A stretch of 64,000 nucleotides of DNA from a bacterium (lineage in GTDB: Bacteria; Patescibacteriota; Minisyncoccia; Minisyncoccales; CG1-02-41-26): assembly GCA_030648255.1 (NCBI GenBank), contig JAUSHZ010000007.1:24404-88403 (forward strand). The letters are read 5' to 3'. Positions 1 through 8,584 of this stretch are shown here, one piece after another. Position 1 is the first letter of the stretch; every line of letters begins with the position of its first letter. The position numbers and the translations under genes are program-made. Below the pieces are notes generated by a model. That model made no database searches and had not been told where the DNA came from. It saw only the letters and a list, made by a program, of their open reading frames with translations.

Positions 1-617
1 TCCTCTGGTGTAATAACGCCATTTGTTTCAACCTCTAAAATCACTTTGTCAAAGTCAGTCCTTTTCCCAACCCGCATATTTTCAACTGTAGAGTTTACCT
101 TTCTCACTGGGGTAAAAATTGCATCCATTGGAAAAACTCCAACTTCAGACTTTCCACCTTCTCTTTTTTCTAAGGGTTGATAGCCAATGCCTTTTTCAAC
201 AACTGCGTCAATCTCTAATTCAGAAGTTGACTTTGTTAATGTGGCAATATGAGCCTCTGGATTTGCTAACTTTAATTGAGCAGTGAGCTTAAAGTCTTTT
301 GCCTTTACGTCTTTTTCACCTTTAATTTTTAAAGTTATTGTTTGAGGTTCGTCGCTGTAATTCTTAAAATTCAATTTTTTAAGGTTTAAAATAATCATTA
401 TCACATCTTCCATAACACCGCTTATTGCTGAAAACTCGTGAGGAGCTCCTTTTATTTTAACTTGAGTAATAGCTGCCCCCTCCAAAGAAGAAAGCAAAAC
501 TCTTCTCATAGCGTTTCCAATAGTAACTCCATAGCCGGGATAAAGGCCTTCTATTTCAAAAAAAGCGGTATTTCCTTCCTGAGTGCTTATTTTTGGTTTT
601 GATGGTAATGGAATCAT
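1..617 (-). CDS. rpoA: DNA-directed RNA polymerase alpha subunit, N-terminal part (3' end runs off window start)
   Basis: Reverse complement translates MIPLPSKPKISTQEG...GNAMRRVLLSS...RTDFDKVILEVETNGVITPE. This matches the RpoA NTD motifs GNALRRILLSS and RTDLDKLVIEMETNG. ATG is the complement of 615-617. The ORF track missed it because it is edge-truncated. Confidence 0.85.
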   Translation of the reverse strand, partial: MIPLPSKPKISTQEGNTAFFEIEGLYPGYGVTIGNAMRRVLLSSLEGAAITQVKIKGAPHEFSAISGVMEDVIMIILNLKKLNFKNYSDEPQTITLKIKGEKDVKAKDFKLTAQLKLANPEAHIATLTKSTSELEIDAVVEKGIGYQPLEKREGGKSEVGVFPMDAIFTPVRKVNSTVENMRVGKRTDFDKVILEVETNGVITPE

Positions 618-641
618 ATAGTTTTTAATTTAATTATTTTT

Positions 642-1277
642 TTAGCGAGAATAGAACTCAAAAATAGATGAAATATCAATATTATTAACGTCTTCTGCTG
701 TGGGCTCGGCCATAATTTTACCTTCCATTTTTTCTTTATCTAAATCCAGCCATTTTGGCTGTTGATAATTTTTTAAGGCAGAAGAAAGATTCTTAAAAAT
801 CACTTTTCCTTTTTTATTCTCCTTAAAAGAAATGGCTAATCCTTTTTTAGTAGCAAAAGATGATATATTAACTGGTTTTCCATTTACTAAAAAATAACCA
901 TGAGAAACCATCTGCTTTGCCTCTCTCCTTGATTTAGCAAAACCTAATCTAAAAACAACATTGTCTAGCCGTCTTTCCAATTCTTTTAACAAAAACAGGG
1001 TAGCATCGCCTCCTTGCCCTCTTTTTTTCAAAACAAATTTAACATGGTTTCTAAACTGGCGCTCTCCCAAACCATAGTAGTTTCTTAATTTTTGTTTTTC
1101 TTTTAATTGTTTCGCAAACTCCGAAAAAGAGCCGCTTCTTCTTTTCTTTTTAGGGCCTGGGGCATATGGCCTTCTAATAAAAGGGCAGGTGGGGGAAAAG
1201 CATTTCTCCCCCTTTAAAAAAGTTTTTTGGCCTAATCGCCTGCAAACCTTGCAATTTGTGATAGTTTTTTTCTGCAT
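642..1277 (-). CDS. rpsD: 30S ribosomal protein S4
   Basis: 211 aa with a CKVCRR Zn-ribbon-like N-terminus and an S4 domain. Sits next to rpoA as in the alpha operon. Confidence 0.9.
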   Translation of the reverse strand: MQKKTITNCKVCRRLGQKTFLKGEKCFSPTCPFIRRPYAPGPKKKRRSGSFSEFAKQLKEKQKLRNYYGLGERQFRNHVKFVLKKRGQGGDATLFLLKELERRLDNVVFRLGFAKSRREAKQMVSHGYFLVNGKPVNISSFATKKGLAISFKENKKGKVIFKNLSSALKNYQQPKWLDLDKEKMEGKIMAEPTAEDVNNIDISSIFEFYSR

Positions 1278-1489
1278 GTTAGAAGCTGTGTGAATTTTTA
1301 AATTTAATGATTTAAAAATTCATTACAGATTCTTACACCCCGTTAAGTGCGAGCGATGAGCGAGCTACTTAACTGGGGTTTGTTTGTATTCTTATCCACC
1401 CCAGTGAAGTAAAATTTGAGTACAAATTCACTTCACGGGGTTAAGCGATTGTATTTGTTCAGCCTCGGCTTCGGCTTCGCAAACAATCG
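1278..1489 (-). repeat. Intergenic modular repeat copy 1 (head A, middle I, tail 1)
   Basis: Starts right after the rpsD ATG (cat 1275-1277) and ends at the rpsK stop. The tail hairpin agcgattgt...acaatcgCTA supplies the TAG stop of rpsK. Confidence 0.9.
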
Positions 1490-1981
1490 CTAAACCCTTC
1501 TTGGTTTTCTTGGCCGACAGCCATTATGAGGAATTGGCGTTACGTCTCTTATTGATTCTATCTCCAAGCCTTGAGCGGCAATAGTTTTTAAAGCTGAATC
1601 TCTTCCGCCTCCAACCCCCTTAACAAAAACAGCAACTTCTTTAATTTTAAATTGTTCGCAAGCTAAAGCTACCGCTTGGGCAACTTTAGAGGCGGCAAAA
1701 GAAGTGCCTTTCTTTGTGCCCTTAAACCCAACATTTCCAGCAGACCTCCAAAATAAGACATTTCCTTTTTCATCAGCCAAGCTGACAATAGTATTGTTAT
1801 AGGTTGAAGAAATATAAATTCTGCCCTTTCTAAAAGAAGTTCTGGTAGAAGCAACATTCAAATCTTTTCCTAATTTCTTTTCAACTTTATCTGTTTCTTC
1901 AATAAGCTCTTTTTCTGTTTTTTGTATTACTCTTTTCTTTCCCATGTTAGTATTCGTTAATGAATGAAGTGGCTTTGCCAC
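1490..1981 (-). CDS. rpsK: 30S ribosomal protein S11 (N-terminal extension)
   Basis: 163 aa. The C-terminal half matches S11 (ISSTYNNTIVSLADEKGNVLFWRSAGNVGFKGTKKGT...). Confidence 0.9.
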   Translation of the reverse strand: MAKPLHSLTNTNMGKKRVIQKTEKELIEETDKVEKKLGKDLNVASTRTSFRKGRIYISSTYNNTIVSLADEKGNVLFWRSAGNVGFKGTKKGTSFAASKVAQAVALACEQFKIKEVAVFVKGVGGGRDSALKTIAAQGLEIESIRDVTPIPHNGCRPRKPRRV

Positions 1982-2136
1982 GAATGAATTTACGAAGACT
2001 TACACCCTGTGGAGTAGAAATTTGCTCTGCAAATTTCTGTTTTAAATTTTTAGTAAAAAATTTAAAACTACTCCACGGGGTAAATTCGTCGTAAGCTCTG
2101 GCTTCGCCTGCTGGCTTTCCCTCGCTAACGGCTCAT
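1982..2136 (-). repeat. Intergenic modular repeat copy 2 (head C, middle II, tail 2)
   Basis: Has the catgttagtattcgttaatgaatga... head and the ccctgtggagtag...ctactccacgggg middle. The tail ...cgctaacggctcaTTTA abuts the rpsM stop. Confidence 0.9.
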
Positions 2137-2526
2137 TTACTTTGGCCCTGGGGCTGTTTTTCTTCCAGAACTTACAGTTCTCTTAACATTGCCCCTTACA
2201 GTTCTTGAATTCTTTTTTGTTTTTTGCCCTCTAACAGTCAAGCCCTTTATGTGCCTGGTTCCTCGCCAACACTTAATCTCTTTTAATCTTTTAATATGGG
2301 CCACGTGCTCTCTTCTTAAGTCTCCTTCAATCTTATAACTTGCATCAATAACCTCTTTTATCTTCATTGCTTCTTGCTCGGTTAAATCTTTAGCTTTTTT
2401 CTGTGGCTCTATGTTGCATTGCTTTAAAATTCTTAAAGCCAATGGCCTGCCAATGCCAAAAACATAAGTCAAAGAAATGGCTATTTGTTTATTATCTGGA
2501 ATTGTGATGCTTGCTATTCGTGGCAT
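2137..2526 (-). CDS. rpsM: 30S ribosomal protein S13
   Basis: True start is MPRIASITIPD (cat 2524-2526). The ORF track extends 8 codons into the repeat via a TTG start (MKIHTASNM...). Confidence 0.9.
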   Translation of the reverse strand: MPRIASITIPDNKQIAISLTYVFGIGRPLALRILKQCNIEPQKKAKDLTEQEAMKIKEVIDASYKIEGDLRREHVAHIKRLKEIKCWRGTRHIKGLTVRGQKTKKNSRTVRGNVKRTVSSGRKTAPGPK

Positions 2527-2751
2527 GTTAGAAGCTGTGTGAATTTTCAAATTTAATGATTTGAAAATTCATTACAGATTCTTACACCCCGTTAAGTGCG
2601 AGCGATTAGCAAGCTACTTAACTGGGGTTTGTTTATATTTCTATCCACACCCCAGTGAAGTAGAATTTAATTTCATTAAATTCACTTCACGGGGTAAATT
2701 CCGCCAACCGCTCAAACTTCGGCTCATCGCCTCGTTTTCGCGGGGCGTCAT
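2527..2751 (-). repeat. Intergenic modular repeat copy 3 (head A, middle I variant, tail 3)
   Basis: Lies between the rpsM ATG and the rpmJ stop. The tail is ...ctcaaacttcggctcatcgcctcgttttcgcggggcgtcattta. Confidence 0.9.
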
Positions 2752-2868
2752 TTATGCGCCTTGGCGCTGTTTGTGTTTTGGAGTTTTGCAAATAACATAA
2801 ACCCTCCCCTTTCTTCTGGCGATTTTACAATCCTTACATAATTTTTTTACTGATGGTTTAACCTTCAT
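2752..2868 (-). CDS. rpmJ: 50S ribosomal protein L36 (missed by the 60-aa ORF cutoff)
   Basis: Reverse complement reads ATG AAG GTT AAA CCA TCA... and translates [38 protein letters not shown]. This is a classic L36 with C-x2-C...C-x4-H, 38 aa, in the expected infA-rpmJ-rpsM position. Confidence 0.9.
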   Translation of the reverse strand: MKVKPSVKKLCKDCKIARRKGRVYVICKTPKHKQRQGA

Positions 2869-3085
2869 GTTAGAAGCTGTGTGAATTTTTAAATTTAATG
2901 ATTTGAAAATTCATTACAGATTCTTACACCCCGTTAAGTGCGAGCGATTAGCAAGCTACTTAACTGGGGTTTGTTTGTATTTCTATCCACACCCCAGTGA
3001 AGTAGAATTTGAGTACAAATTCACTTCACGGGGTAAATTCCGCTTGCCAATCGCGCTTCGCCTGCTGGCTCGCACTCTTGGAGCG
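2869..3085 (-). repeat. Intergenic modular repeat copy 4 (head A, middle I, tail 4)
   Basis: Near-identical to copy 3 across the head and middle. The tail ...gcttcgcctgctggctcgcactcttggagcgTCAttta uses tca as the TGA stop of infA. Confidence 0.9.
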
Positions 3086-3304
3086 TCATTTAAGTCTATA
3101 AACTATTCTGCCTCTTTTATCATCAATAGAGGCCATTTCAACCAACACCTTATCGCCCAACAAAATTTTTATGCGATTAATTCTAAGCTTCCCGGCCAAA
3201 TGCGCCAAAACCTCGTTTCCATTTTCCAATTGAATTTTAAATAAAAGACTAGGCAAAGCCTCTACAACTTGGCCTCTTTCTCTTATTGTATTAATTTGTT
3301 TCAT
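3086..3304 (-). CDS. infA: Translation initiation factor IF-1
   Basis: 72 aa with S1-like IF-1 sequence (LENGNEVLAHLAGKLR...GDKVLVE...RGRIVYRLK). Confidence 0.9.
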   Translation of the reverse strand: MKQINTIRERGQVVEALPSLLFKIQLENGNEVLAHLAGKLRINRIKILLGDKVLVEMASIDDKRGRIVYRLK

Positions 3305-3358
3305 CTCGTTACGATTGTCTAAAATAGCAAATTATTCAAAAAAGGTCAACCCCTTTGG

Positions 3359-4738
3359 CTAGAAAACCATTTCTATCTTTATCTTATCTAGGCTTTTTGG
3401 CGCTCTTTTTATCCAAAAAGGCCAAAATTGCGTGTCCAGTCGTTCAATTTGGGGGTAGCTATTATTCAATAAAATCTCCATATCTTCTTTAGATTTTCCA
3501 GCTAAATCCGCAATTAAGGCTGTTTGGTCAATATCATTATAAAGCTTGGCATCTGTTTTTAAATTAAAAATCAAACTCCCTTTTTCCGTAATGCTGCCTT
3601 TTGGAACTACGCTTGTCGCTAAGCTTTGTTCGTATAATTTCTTTGAAGAAGATAGTTTTGTATCAATAAAGCTTTTGGCCATATCCTGCAAATCTGATCC
3701 CTTAAAAACAATTGTCTTAGCTTTTATTTTTGCATAACAATTAAATTCAGCGAGGTTGGCGCCAACAGCTTGAGAACAAGAGAACTCGGGCTCGCCATAG
3801 TCAACTGATTCTTGGTTAAAAGAAAATCCAGCGGTTGTTTGCTCCTTCAAGCCCGAAACAGCCATTTTTTTTAACTCCCTAATCAAGCTTTCTTGAGCAT
3901 TATCCATATCTCCTTGAGTTACTTGATCAACTTCTTTCTGACCCCCGCCGTCAATTTTTTCTCTTGATTCACCCCAAACATTATAGTATAAAGCTGTTCC
4001 TGTTAATCCTGGAATAGAAAACTTAGCAGGGGCTATATTATATTCCTCTCCCTCCTGATCAGCGACAACCTGAACCTCTGTAATGCTTGGGGTTAATTTT
4101 CCATTAAACAATGTGGCTTGGGGCAAAGAAATCTTATTTTTTGCCCGATAAACCTTTCCATCTTTTGATGATATAAATCTTGTTCCTGCTTTTAAGTTTA
4201 AGGGCATTGGGGGATTAATATTATTGTAAACAAATATAGCGCCCGTTGCCCCAGATTGTTCTGTTTCTTTTCCAGTTGACTTAAATGTTTCCCATTTCTC
4301 TACTTCTTTTTCAATTACATTTCCGGGAATAATCTTTTTTTCAAAATCGATTTGCGCTTGAGAAAAAGAAACTTGAATCTCGTCTTTAATTGTAATTGGC
4401 TCTAATAGCGGTTTCACGCTTATTTCTGCTTTTGCCTGCATCGTTAAATATAAAAAGGCTCCCCCTAAAAGCAAAATGGCTACACCAATAACTATGGGAA
4501 TTTTTAGAGCAAGTCTTGGTAAAGTAAAAGAAACTCGAATTTCTTTTTTTCCCTTGCCACGTCGGAGTTCCGCAGGAACGGAGGCGGGTCTTTCTTTTTT
4601 CACCTCCCCCTTCTTCATCCCCTTTCTTGTAGGTGATTTTTTTTGAGGCTTAGTTGAAGCTAAAACAATTGGAAATTGTTCCTCTGTTTCTTCTGCTTCT
4701 TCCTCATCTGGATTTGTTATATCAATAATTTGCTTCAT
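3359..4738 (-). CDS. Hypothetical membrane-anchored protein: acidic then basic N-terminus, one TM helix, ~380-aa extracytoplasmic domain
   Basis: 459-aa ORF. The TM segment is IPIVIGVAILLLGGAFLYL. No recognisable family. It sits inside the r-protein operon. Confidence 0.5.
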   Translation of the reverse strand: MKQIIDITNPDEEEAEETEEQFPIVLASTKPQKKSPTRKGMKKGEVKKERPASVPAELRRGKGKKEIRVSFTLPRLALKIPIVIGVAILLLGGAFLYLTMQAKAEISVKPLLEPITIKDEIQVSFSQAQIDFEKKIIPGNVIEKEVEKWETFKSTGKETEQSGATGAIFVYNNINPPMPLNLKAGTRFISSKDGKVYRAKNKISLPQATLFNGKLTPSITEVQVVADQEGEEYNIAPAKFSIPGLTGTALYYNVWGESREKIDGGGQKEVDQVTQGDMDNAQESLIRELKKMAVSGLKEQTTAGFSFNQESVDYGEPEFSCSQAVGANLAEFNCYAKIKAKTIVFKGSDLQDMAKSFIDTKLSSSKKLYEQSLATSVVPKGSITEKGSLIFNLKTDAKLYNDIDQTALIADLAGKSKEDMEILLNNSYPQIERLDTQFWPFWIKRAPKSLDKIKIEMVF

Positions 4739-4866
4739 GTTAGAAATTCTTAATTGAGTGGCGAATTTATGAGCCGTGAAATTTAGAAGTTTTTAGTCCT
4801 CCGTAAATTCAAACTTCGCCTACTGACTCGTTTTCATTAACGGATTACTTATTCTACCACAAAAAT
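4739..4866 (-). repeat. Intergenic modular repeat copy 5 (short: head B + tail only)
   Basis: Sequence catgttagaaattcttaattgagtggcgaatttatgagccgtgaaatttagaag...cgttttcattaacggattacttatt. It lacks the middle module and sits between alaS and the membrane-protein gene. Confidence 0.8.
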
Positions 4867-6615
4867 TTACTGCTGCAAAATCGCTTTAATTCGCCGAACG
4901 CCAGCTGAACTGGCTTCTTCTTTAATAATTTTAAATACGCCCAAAGTTTTGGTATTTTCAACATGAGGACCAGCGCAAATTTCTTTAGAGAACTCTCCTG
5001 CGGAATAAACTTTCACTTTTTCTGGATACTTGTGGCCAAAAACTCCTGTGGCCCCTTCATCAAATGCTTTTTGAGTTTCCATTTCACGGCAAACAACAGG
5101 CAACTCCTTTTTTATTTGCTCGTTAACTAAGTCCTCCACTTTTTTTATTTCTTCTGGGGTTAATTTTCTTTCAAAAGAAAAATCAAACCTTATTCTTTCA
5201 GAAGTAATATTGCTACCTTTTTGCTGAACATCCCCTCCCAAAACTTGCCTTAAAGCAGCCAGCATTAAATGAGTGGCTGTGTGGTATTTTGTGGTTTGTT
5301 CAGAATCATCAGCTAAGCCGGATTTAAACTGCCCAGCACTGGCTGTTCTAGACAACTCTTGATGCTTTTTTAATTCCTCTTGAAAACCTTTTTCGTCAAT
5401 TTCCTTGTCTTTCTCCTTGGCAATCTCTCTTGTTATTTCTAAAGGAAATCCGTAAGTTTGATAAAGATTAAAAACCTCTTCCCCAGAAATAATTGGCATA
5501 TTTATTTTTTCAAATTCTTTTAATCCCCTGTCTAAACAAGTTAAAAATCTTTCTTCTTCTTTTTGTAGTTCATTTAAAATAAACTCCTGATTTTCTTTCA
5601 GTTCTGGGTAAACATTTTCATACATAGCAATAATAACTTTAGCAATCTCGCCCGTAAAAGCGCTCTCAATACCCAACAGCTTGCCGTATCTTATTGCCCG
5701 CCTTATTAATCTCCGCAACACATATCCTCTTTCTGTGTTTGACGGAACAAGCCCATCGGCTAATATAAAAACGCTGGCTTTTATATGGTCTGCAATAATG
5801 CGAAAAGATTTTGTATTTTCCTCATATTGCTTTCCCGAAATTTCTGAAATTCTATTTATTATCGGAGTAAACAGCTCTGTTTCATAAACATTACTTTTTC
5901 CTTGCAAAACCATTGTAGTTCTCTCCAGGCCCATGCCAGTGTCCACATTTTTCTGCGATAATTCTTCAAACTTTCCGTCTGCAGTTTTGTTATACTGCAT
6001 AAAAACATTGTTCCAAATCTCCACCCATTTTTTATCGCTTGGGTCAAATTTTTCAGGAACTTCCCCCTCTCCAACCCAATAAAACATTTCTGTGTCTGGG
6101 CCGCAGGGCCCTGTACTTCCTGCTGGGCCCCACCAATTATCCTCACGGCCCAAATAAGCAATCCGCTCTGGCTTAACCCCCAAACCTTGCCAAAGATTAA
6201 AGGCCCCCTCGTCTTTTGGTATATTATTTTCTGTTTCACCTTCAAAAACCGTAAAAGCTAACTTTTCCAAAGGAATATTTAATTCTTTAGTTAAAAATTC
6301 AAAGCTCCATTCAATGGCCTCTTTTTTAAAATAATCCCCCAAACTCCAATTACCAAGCATTTCAAAAAATGTTCCATGGGTGTTGTCCCCCACATCATCA
6401 ATATCACCCGTTCTAATACATTTTTGGCTATTGCAAAGCCGTTTACCTAGGGGATGGTTTTCCCCAAGCAAATAAGGCACCAATGGGTGCATACCTGCTG
6501 TGGTAAATAAAACTGTTGGGTCGTTTTCTGGAATTAAAGGGGCAGATGGTATTCTTTTGTGTCCCTTGTTCTCAAAAAACTTTAAATATTTTTCTCGTAT
6601 TTCTTTAGCTGTCAT
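4867..6615 (-). CDS. alaS: Alanine--tRNA ligase, aminoacylation + editing domains, lacking C-Ala domain
   Basis: Starts MTAKEIREKYLKFFENKGHKRIPSAPLIP with class-II AlaRS motifs. The C-terminus carries the editing-domain zinc motif HTATHLM...CAGPHVENT...GVRRIKAI. Length is 582 aa versus about 870 for full-length AlaRS. Confidence 0.85.
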   Translation of the reverse strand: MTAKEIREKYLKFFENKGHKRIPSAPLIPENDPTVLFTTAGMHPLVPYLLGENHPLGKRLCNSQKCIRTGDIDDVGDNTHGTFFEMLGNWSLGDYFKKEAIEWSFEFLTKELNIPLEKLAFTVFEGETENNIPKDEGAFNLWQGLGVKPERIAYLGREDNWWGPAGSTGPCGPDTEMFYWVGEGEVPEKFDPSDKKWVEIWNNVFMQYNKTADGKFEELSQKNVDTGMGLERTTMVLQGKSNVYETELFTPIINRISEISGKQYEENTKSFRIIADHIKASVFILADGLVPSNTERGYVLRRLIRRAIRYGKLLGIESAFTGEIAKVIIAMYENVYPELKENQEFILNELQKEEERFLTCLDRGLKEFEKINMPIISGEEVFNLYQTYGFPLEITREIAKEKDKEIDEKGFQEELKKHQELSRTASAGQFKSGLADDSEQTTKYHTATHLMLAALRQVLGGDVQQKGSNITSERIRFDFSFERKLTPEEIKKVEDLVNEQIKKELPVVCREMETQKAFDEGATGVFGHKYPEKVKVYSAGEFSKEICAGPHVENTKTLGVFKIIKEEASSAGVRRIKAILQQ

Positions 6616-6621
6616 ATATTT

Positions 6622-7377
6622 CTAAATATTTTTTACCATAGCAGTAAATTCTTTTATATTCAATGAAGCGCCACCAACTAAGAGGCCATCAATTGCTTCA
6701 TTTTCTAAATATTTATTTGCGTTGTCTGACCCAACGCTTCCACCGTATAAAACTCTTACTTTCTCTTTGGCTTTTCTGCCGTAAATTTCAGCTATTAATT
6801 TTTTTATATATAAAGCCATTGTTAAGGCGTCGTCGGGAGCACAGGTTAATCCTTGGTTTGTGCTAATTGCCCACAAGGGCTCATAGGCTATAACAAGCTC
6901 TCCTACTTGTTGTTTTTTAATAGCTTTTAAGCTTTCCCTTAGCTTTTTCTCAACAATTTGAAATGTTTTGCTTTGGTTTCTTTCTTCTAATGTCTCGCCA
7001 ATGCAAACAACTGGTGTTAAACCCGTGCTTAACACGGCTTTTACTTTTTTGGCAGTCATCTCATTTGTTTCTCCCATTACCATTACTCTTTCAGAATGAC
7101 CTAAAATAACATACTTAACTCCTAAATTTTTTAGCATTGTTGGCGAAACCTCGCCCGTGAATGCTCCTTGATTTTCCCAAAAACAATCTTGCGATCCAAT
7201 TTTTACTGCCCCAACTCCAAAAACTTTTTTTGCCTCTGCTAAATAAACAAAGGGGGGGCAAACCACAACTTCTATTTTATTGTTTTTTATCCCCGCTCTC
7301 AATCCAACCATCATCTTTTGCGCCTCTTTTAGGGTTGTTGGATTACACTTCCAATTTGCAATAATTAGCTTTTTCAT
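6622..7377 (-). CDS. tpiA: Triosephosphate isomerase
   Basis: 251-aa TIM barrel with conserved ANWKCN, GHSERV and YEPLWAI motifs. Confidence 0.9.
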   Translation of the reverse strand: MKKLIIANWKCNPTTLKEAQKMMVGLRAGIKNNKIEVVVCPPFVYLAEAKKVFGVGAVKIGSQDCFWENQGAFTGEVSPTMLKNLGVKYVILGHSERVMVMGETNEMTAKKVKAVLSTGLTPVVCIGETLEERNQSKTFQIVEKKLRESLKAIKKQQVGELVIAYEPLWAISTNQGLTCAPDDALTMALYIKKLIAEIYGRKAKEKVRVLYGGSVGSDNANKYLENEAIDGLLVGGASLNIKEFTAMVKNI

Positions 7378-7381
7378 AGAT

Positions 7382-8368
7382 TTAAATCTTTATCTTTCTT
7401 AAATATTCAGCGGCTTTTTCTGGAGGCATTGTTATTATTTCAATGCCACTTCCCAGCTCAAAGCCAGCCCACACAGAAATGCGGGGCATAATAGTGAAAT
7501 GCCAATGGAAAAAAGAGTACTCTTTGTCATCGCACGGGCTTGTGTGTAAATAAAAATTATAATCTGGAAACTCCAAACCATAACCAATCTTTTTTAAAAC
7601 CTCGCCAAAAATTTGGGCTAAATCGCTTTTTTCTTCTTTGGTTATTTTTTCAAAATAAGGCAAGTGGTTTTTTGGAGATATAACAACTTCAAAATTCACT
7701 TTTGAAGCAAAAGGACAAATGGCTAAAAAATTGCTGTTTTCAAAAACAATTCTTGTTTGAACTGATTTTTCCGCCCTATTTGTAGCGCAAAAAAGGCACT
7801 GGCTTTTTTCTTTAAAAAACTCGCGAGAGGAATTTAAAGAGATAGACAAGTCTTTATCAAAAAATGGAATAGCAATAATTTGAGAATGCGGGTGAATTAA
7901 AGAAGCCCCGGCCATCTTGCCATGATTGTGGAAAATAGAAACATAGTTAACAATTTTTTCTTTTGATAGTTCAGTGTATCTTTGCTGGTAAATGCCAAGC
8001 AATTCTTCCCAATCTATTTGAGAAAAATCAGTTAATTGCTTTGAGTGGTCATTAAAAACCACAACTTCATGAAAGCCATTTGAAGGCAATCTTTGGAACA
8101 AAGCGTTGTCAGTTTTTAGTAAATTATTTTTCTGTGGAAAAAATGCGGGAAACTTATTGGGTATTACTACAAAATTTTTATCCCTGAATTTTTCCTGCGC
8201 AAAATAATCACAAAAAGCGCAAGGCATGTTGTCTATCGCCTCGTCTGTTTTTTTCTTTTTAAAATCCTCTGGTCTCTTACCCCTCCCCTCTGCCACCACC
8301 ACCCAATCCTTGTTAATAATGTCGTATCTCAACTCGGATTTTGATTTTACTACTTTTTTGAAAAACAT
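7382..8368 (-). CDS. Galactose-1-phosphate uridylyltransferase-like (GalT/HIT superfamily) nucleotidyltransferase
   Basis: Carries a CAFCDY Zn site and the H-P-H-S-Q active-site motif (LIHPHSQIIAIP), over 328 aa. Confidence 0.7.
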   Translation of the reverse strand: MFFKKVVKSKSELRYDIINKDWVVVAEGRGKRPEDFKKKKTDEAIDNMPCAFCDYFAQEKFRDKNFVVIPNKFPAFFPQKNNLLKTDNALFQRLPSNGFHEVVVFNDHSKQLTDFSQIDWEELLGIYQQRYTELSKEKIVNYVSIFHNHGKMAGASLIHPHSQIIAIPFFDKDLSISLNSSREFFKEKSQCLFCATNRAEKSVQTRIVFENSNFLAICPFASKVNFEVVISPKNHLPYFEKITKEEKSDLAQIFGEVLKKIGYGLEFPDYNFYLHTSPCDDKEYSFFHWHFTIMPRISVWAGFELGSGIEIITMPPEKAAEYLRKIKI

Positions 8369-8438
8369 ATTTACTTATTATAGCAAAATCTTTAAATAAA
8401 CAAAAAGGCAGGGTTAAATTCCCCCGCCAAATCATAGA

Positions 8439-8573
8439 TCAAAAGTCCTGATTTGCTCTTGATTCCATAATTTCTTTGGATCTATCAATCATGCGAATCC
8501 TCTCCAGATATTTTTTAAGTAAACGCTCACGACATGTCTCTCTTTTTTTTAAAGTTCTTCTTCTTTTGTTCAT
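8439..8573 (-). CDS. Small basic protein (44 aa) with strong Shine-Dalgarno
   Basis: Sequence MNKRRRTLKKRETCRERLLKKYLERIRMIDRSKEIMESRANQDF. An AAGGAGG lies 7 nt upstream of the ATG, which is one of the few strong SDs in the window. Confidence 0.5.
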   Translation of the reverse strand: MNKRRRTLKKRETCRERLLKKYLERIRMIDRSKEIMESRANQDF

Positions 8574-8584
8574 TTGAAACCTCC

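Noticed and set aside
3040-3094. Mini-ORF starting at the conserved AUGACGCUCC of the repeat tail (MTLQECEPAGEARLASGIYPVK) as a real small protein
   Set aside because: The frame is intact in copies 4 and 8, but truncated to 6 codons in copy 6 and frameshifted by a 3-nt-deletion context in copy 14. Tail-3 copies give an unrelated peptide. This is not conserved as coding, though the AUG itself may still matter for re-initiation.
2561-3244. Plus-strand ORFs 2561..2800 and 2903..3244 ([27 protein letters not shown]...)
   Set aside because: They lie entirely within repeat copies, antisense to the operon. Their amino-acid identity just reflects DNA repeat identity, and there are no start signals. 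Spurious.
5681-6245. Internal antisense and alternative-frame ORFs within alaS, copA, secY, fusA and similar (many in the six-frame track)
   Set aside because: They overlap strongly supported genes in other frames and strands and have no independent signals.
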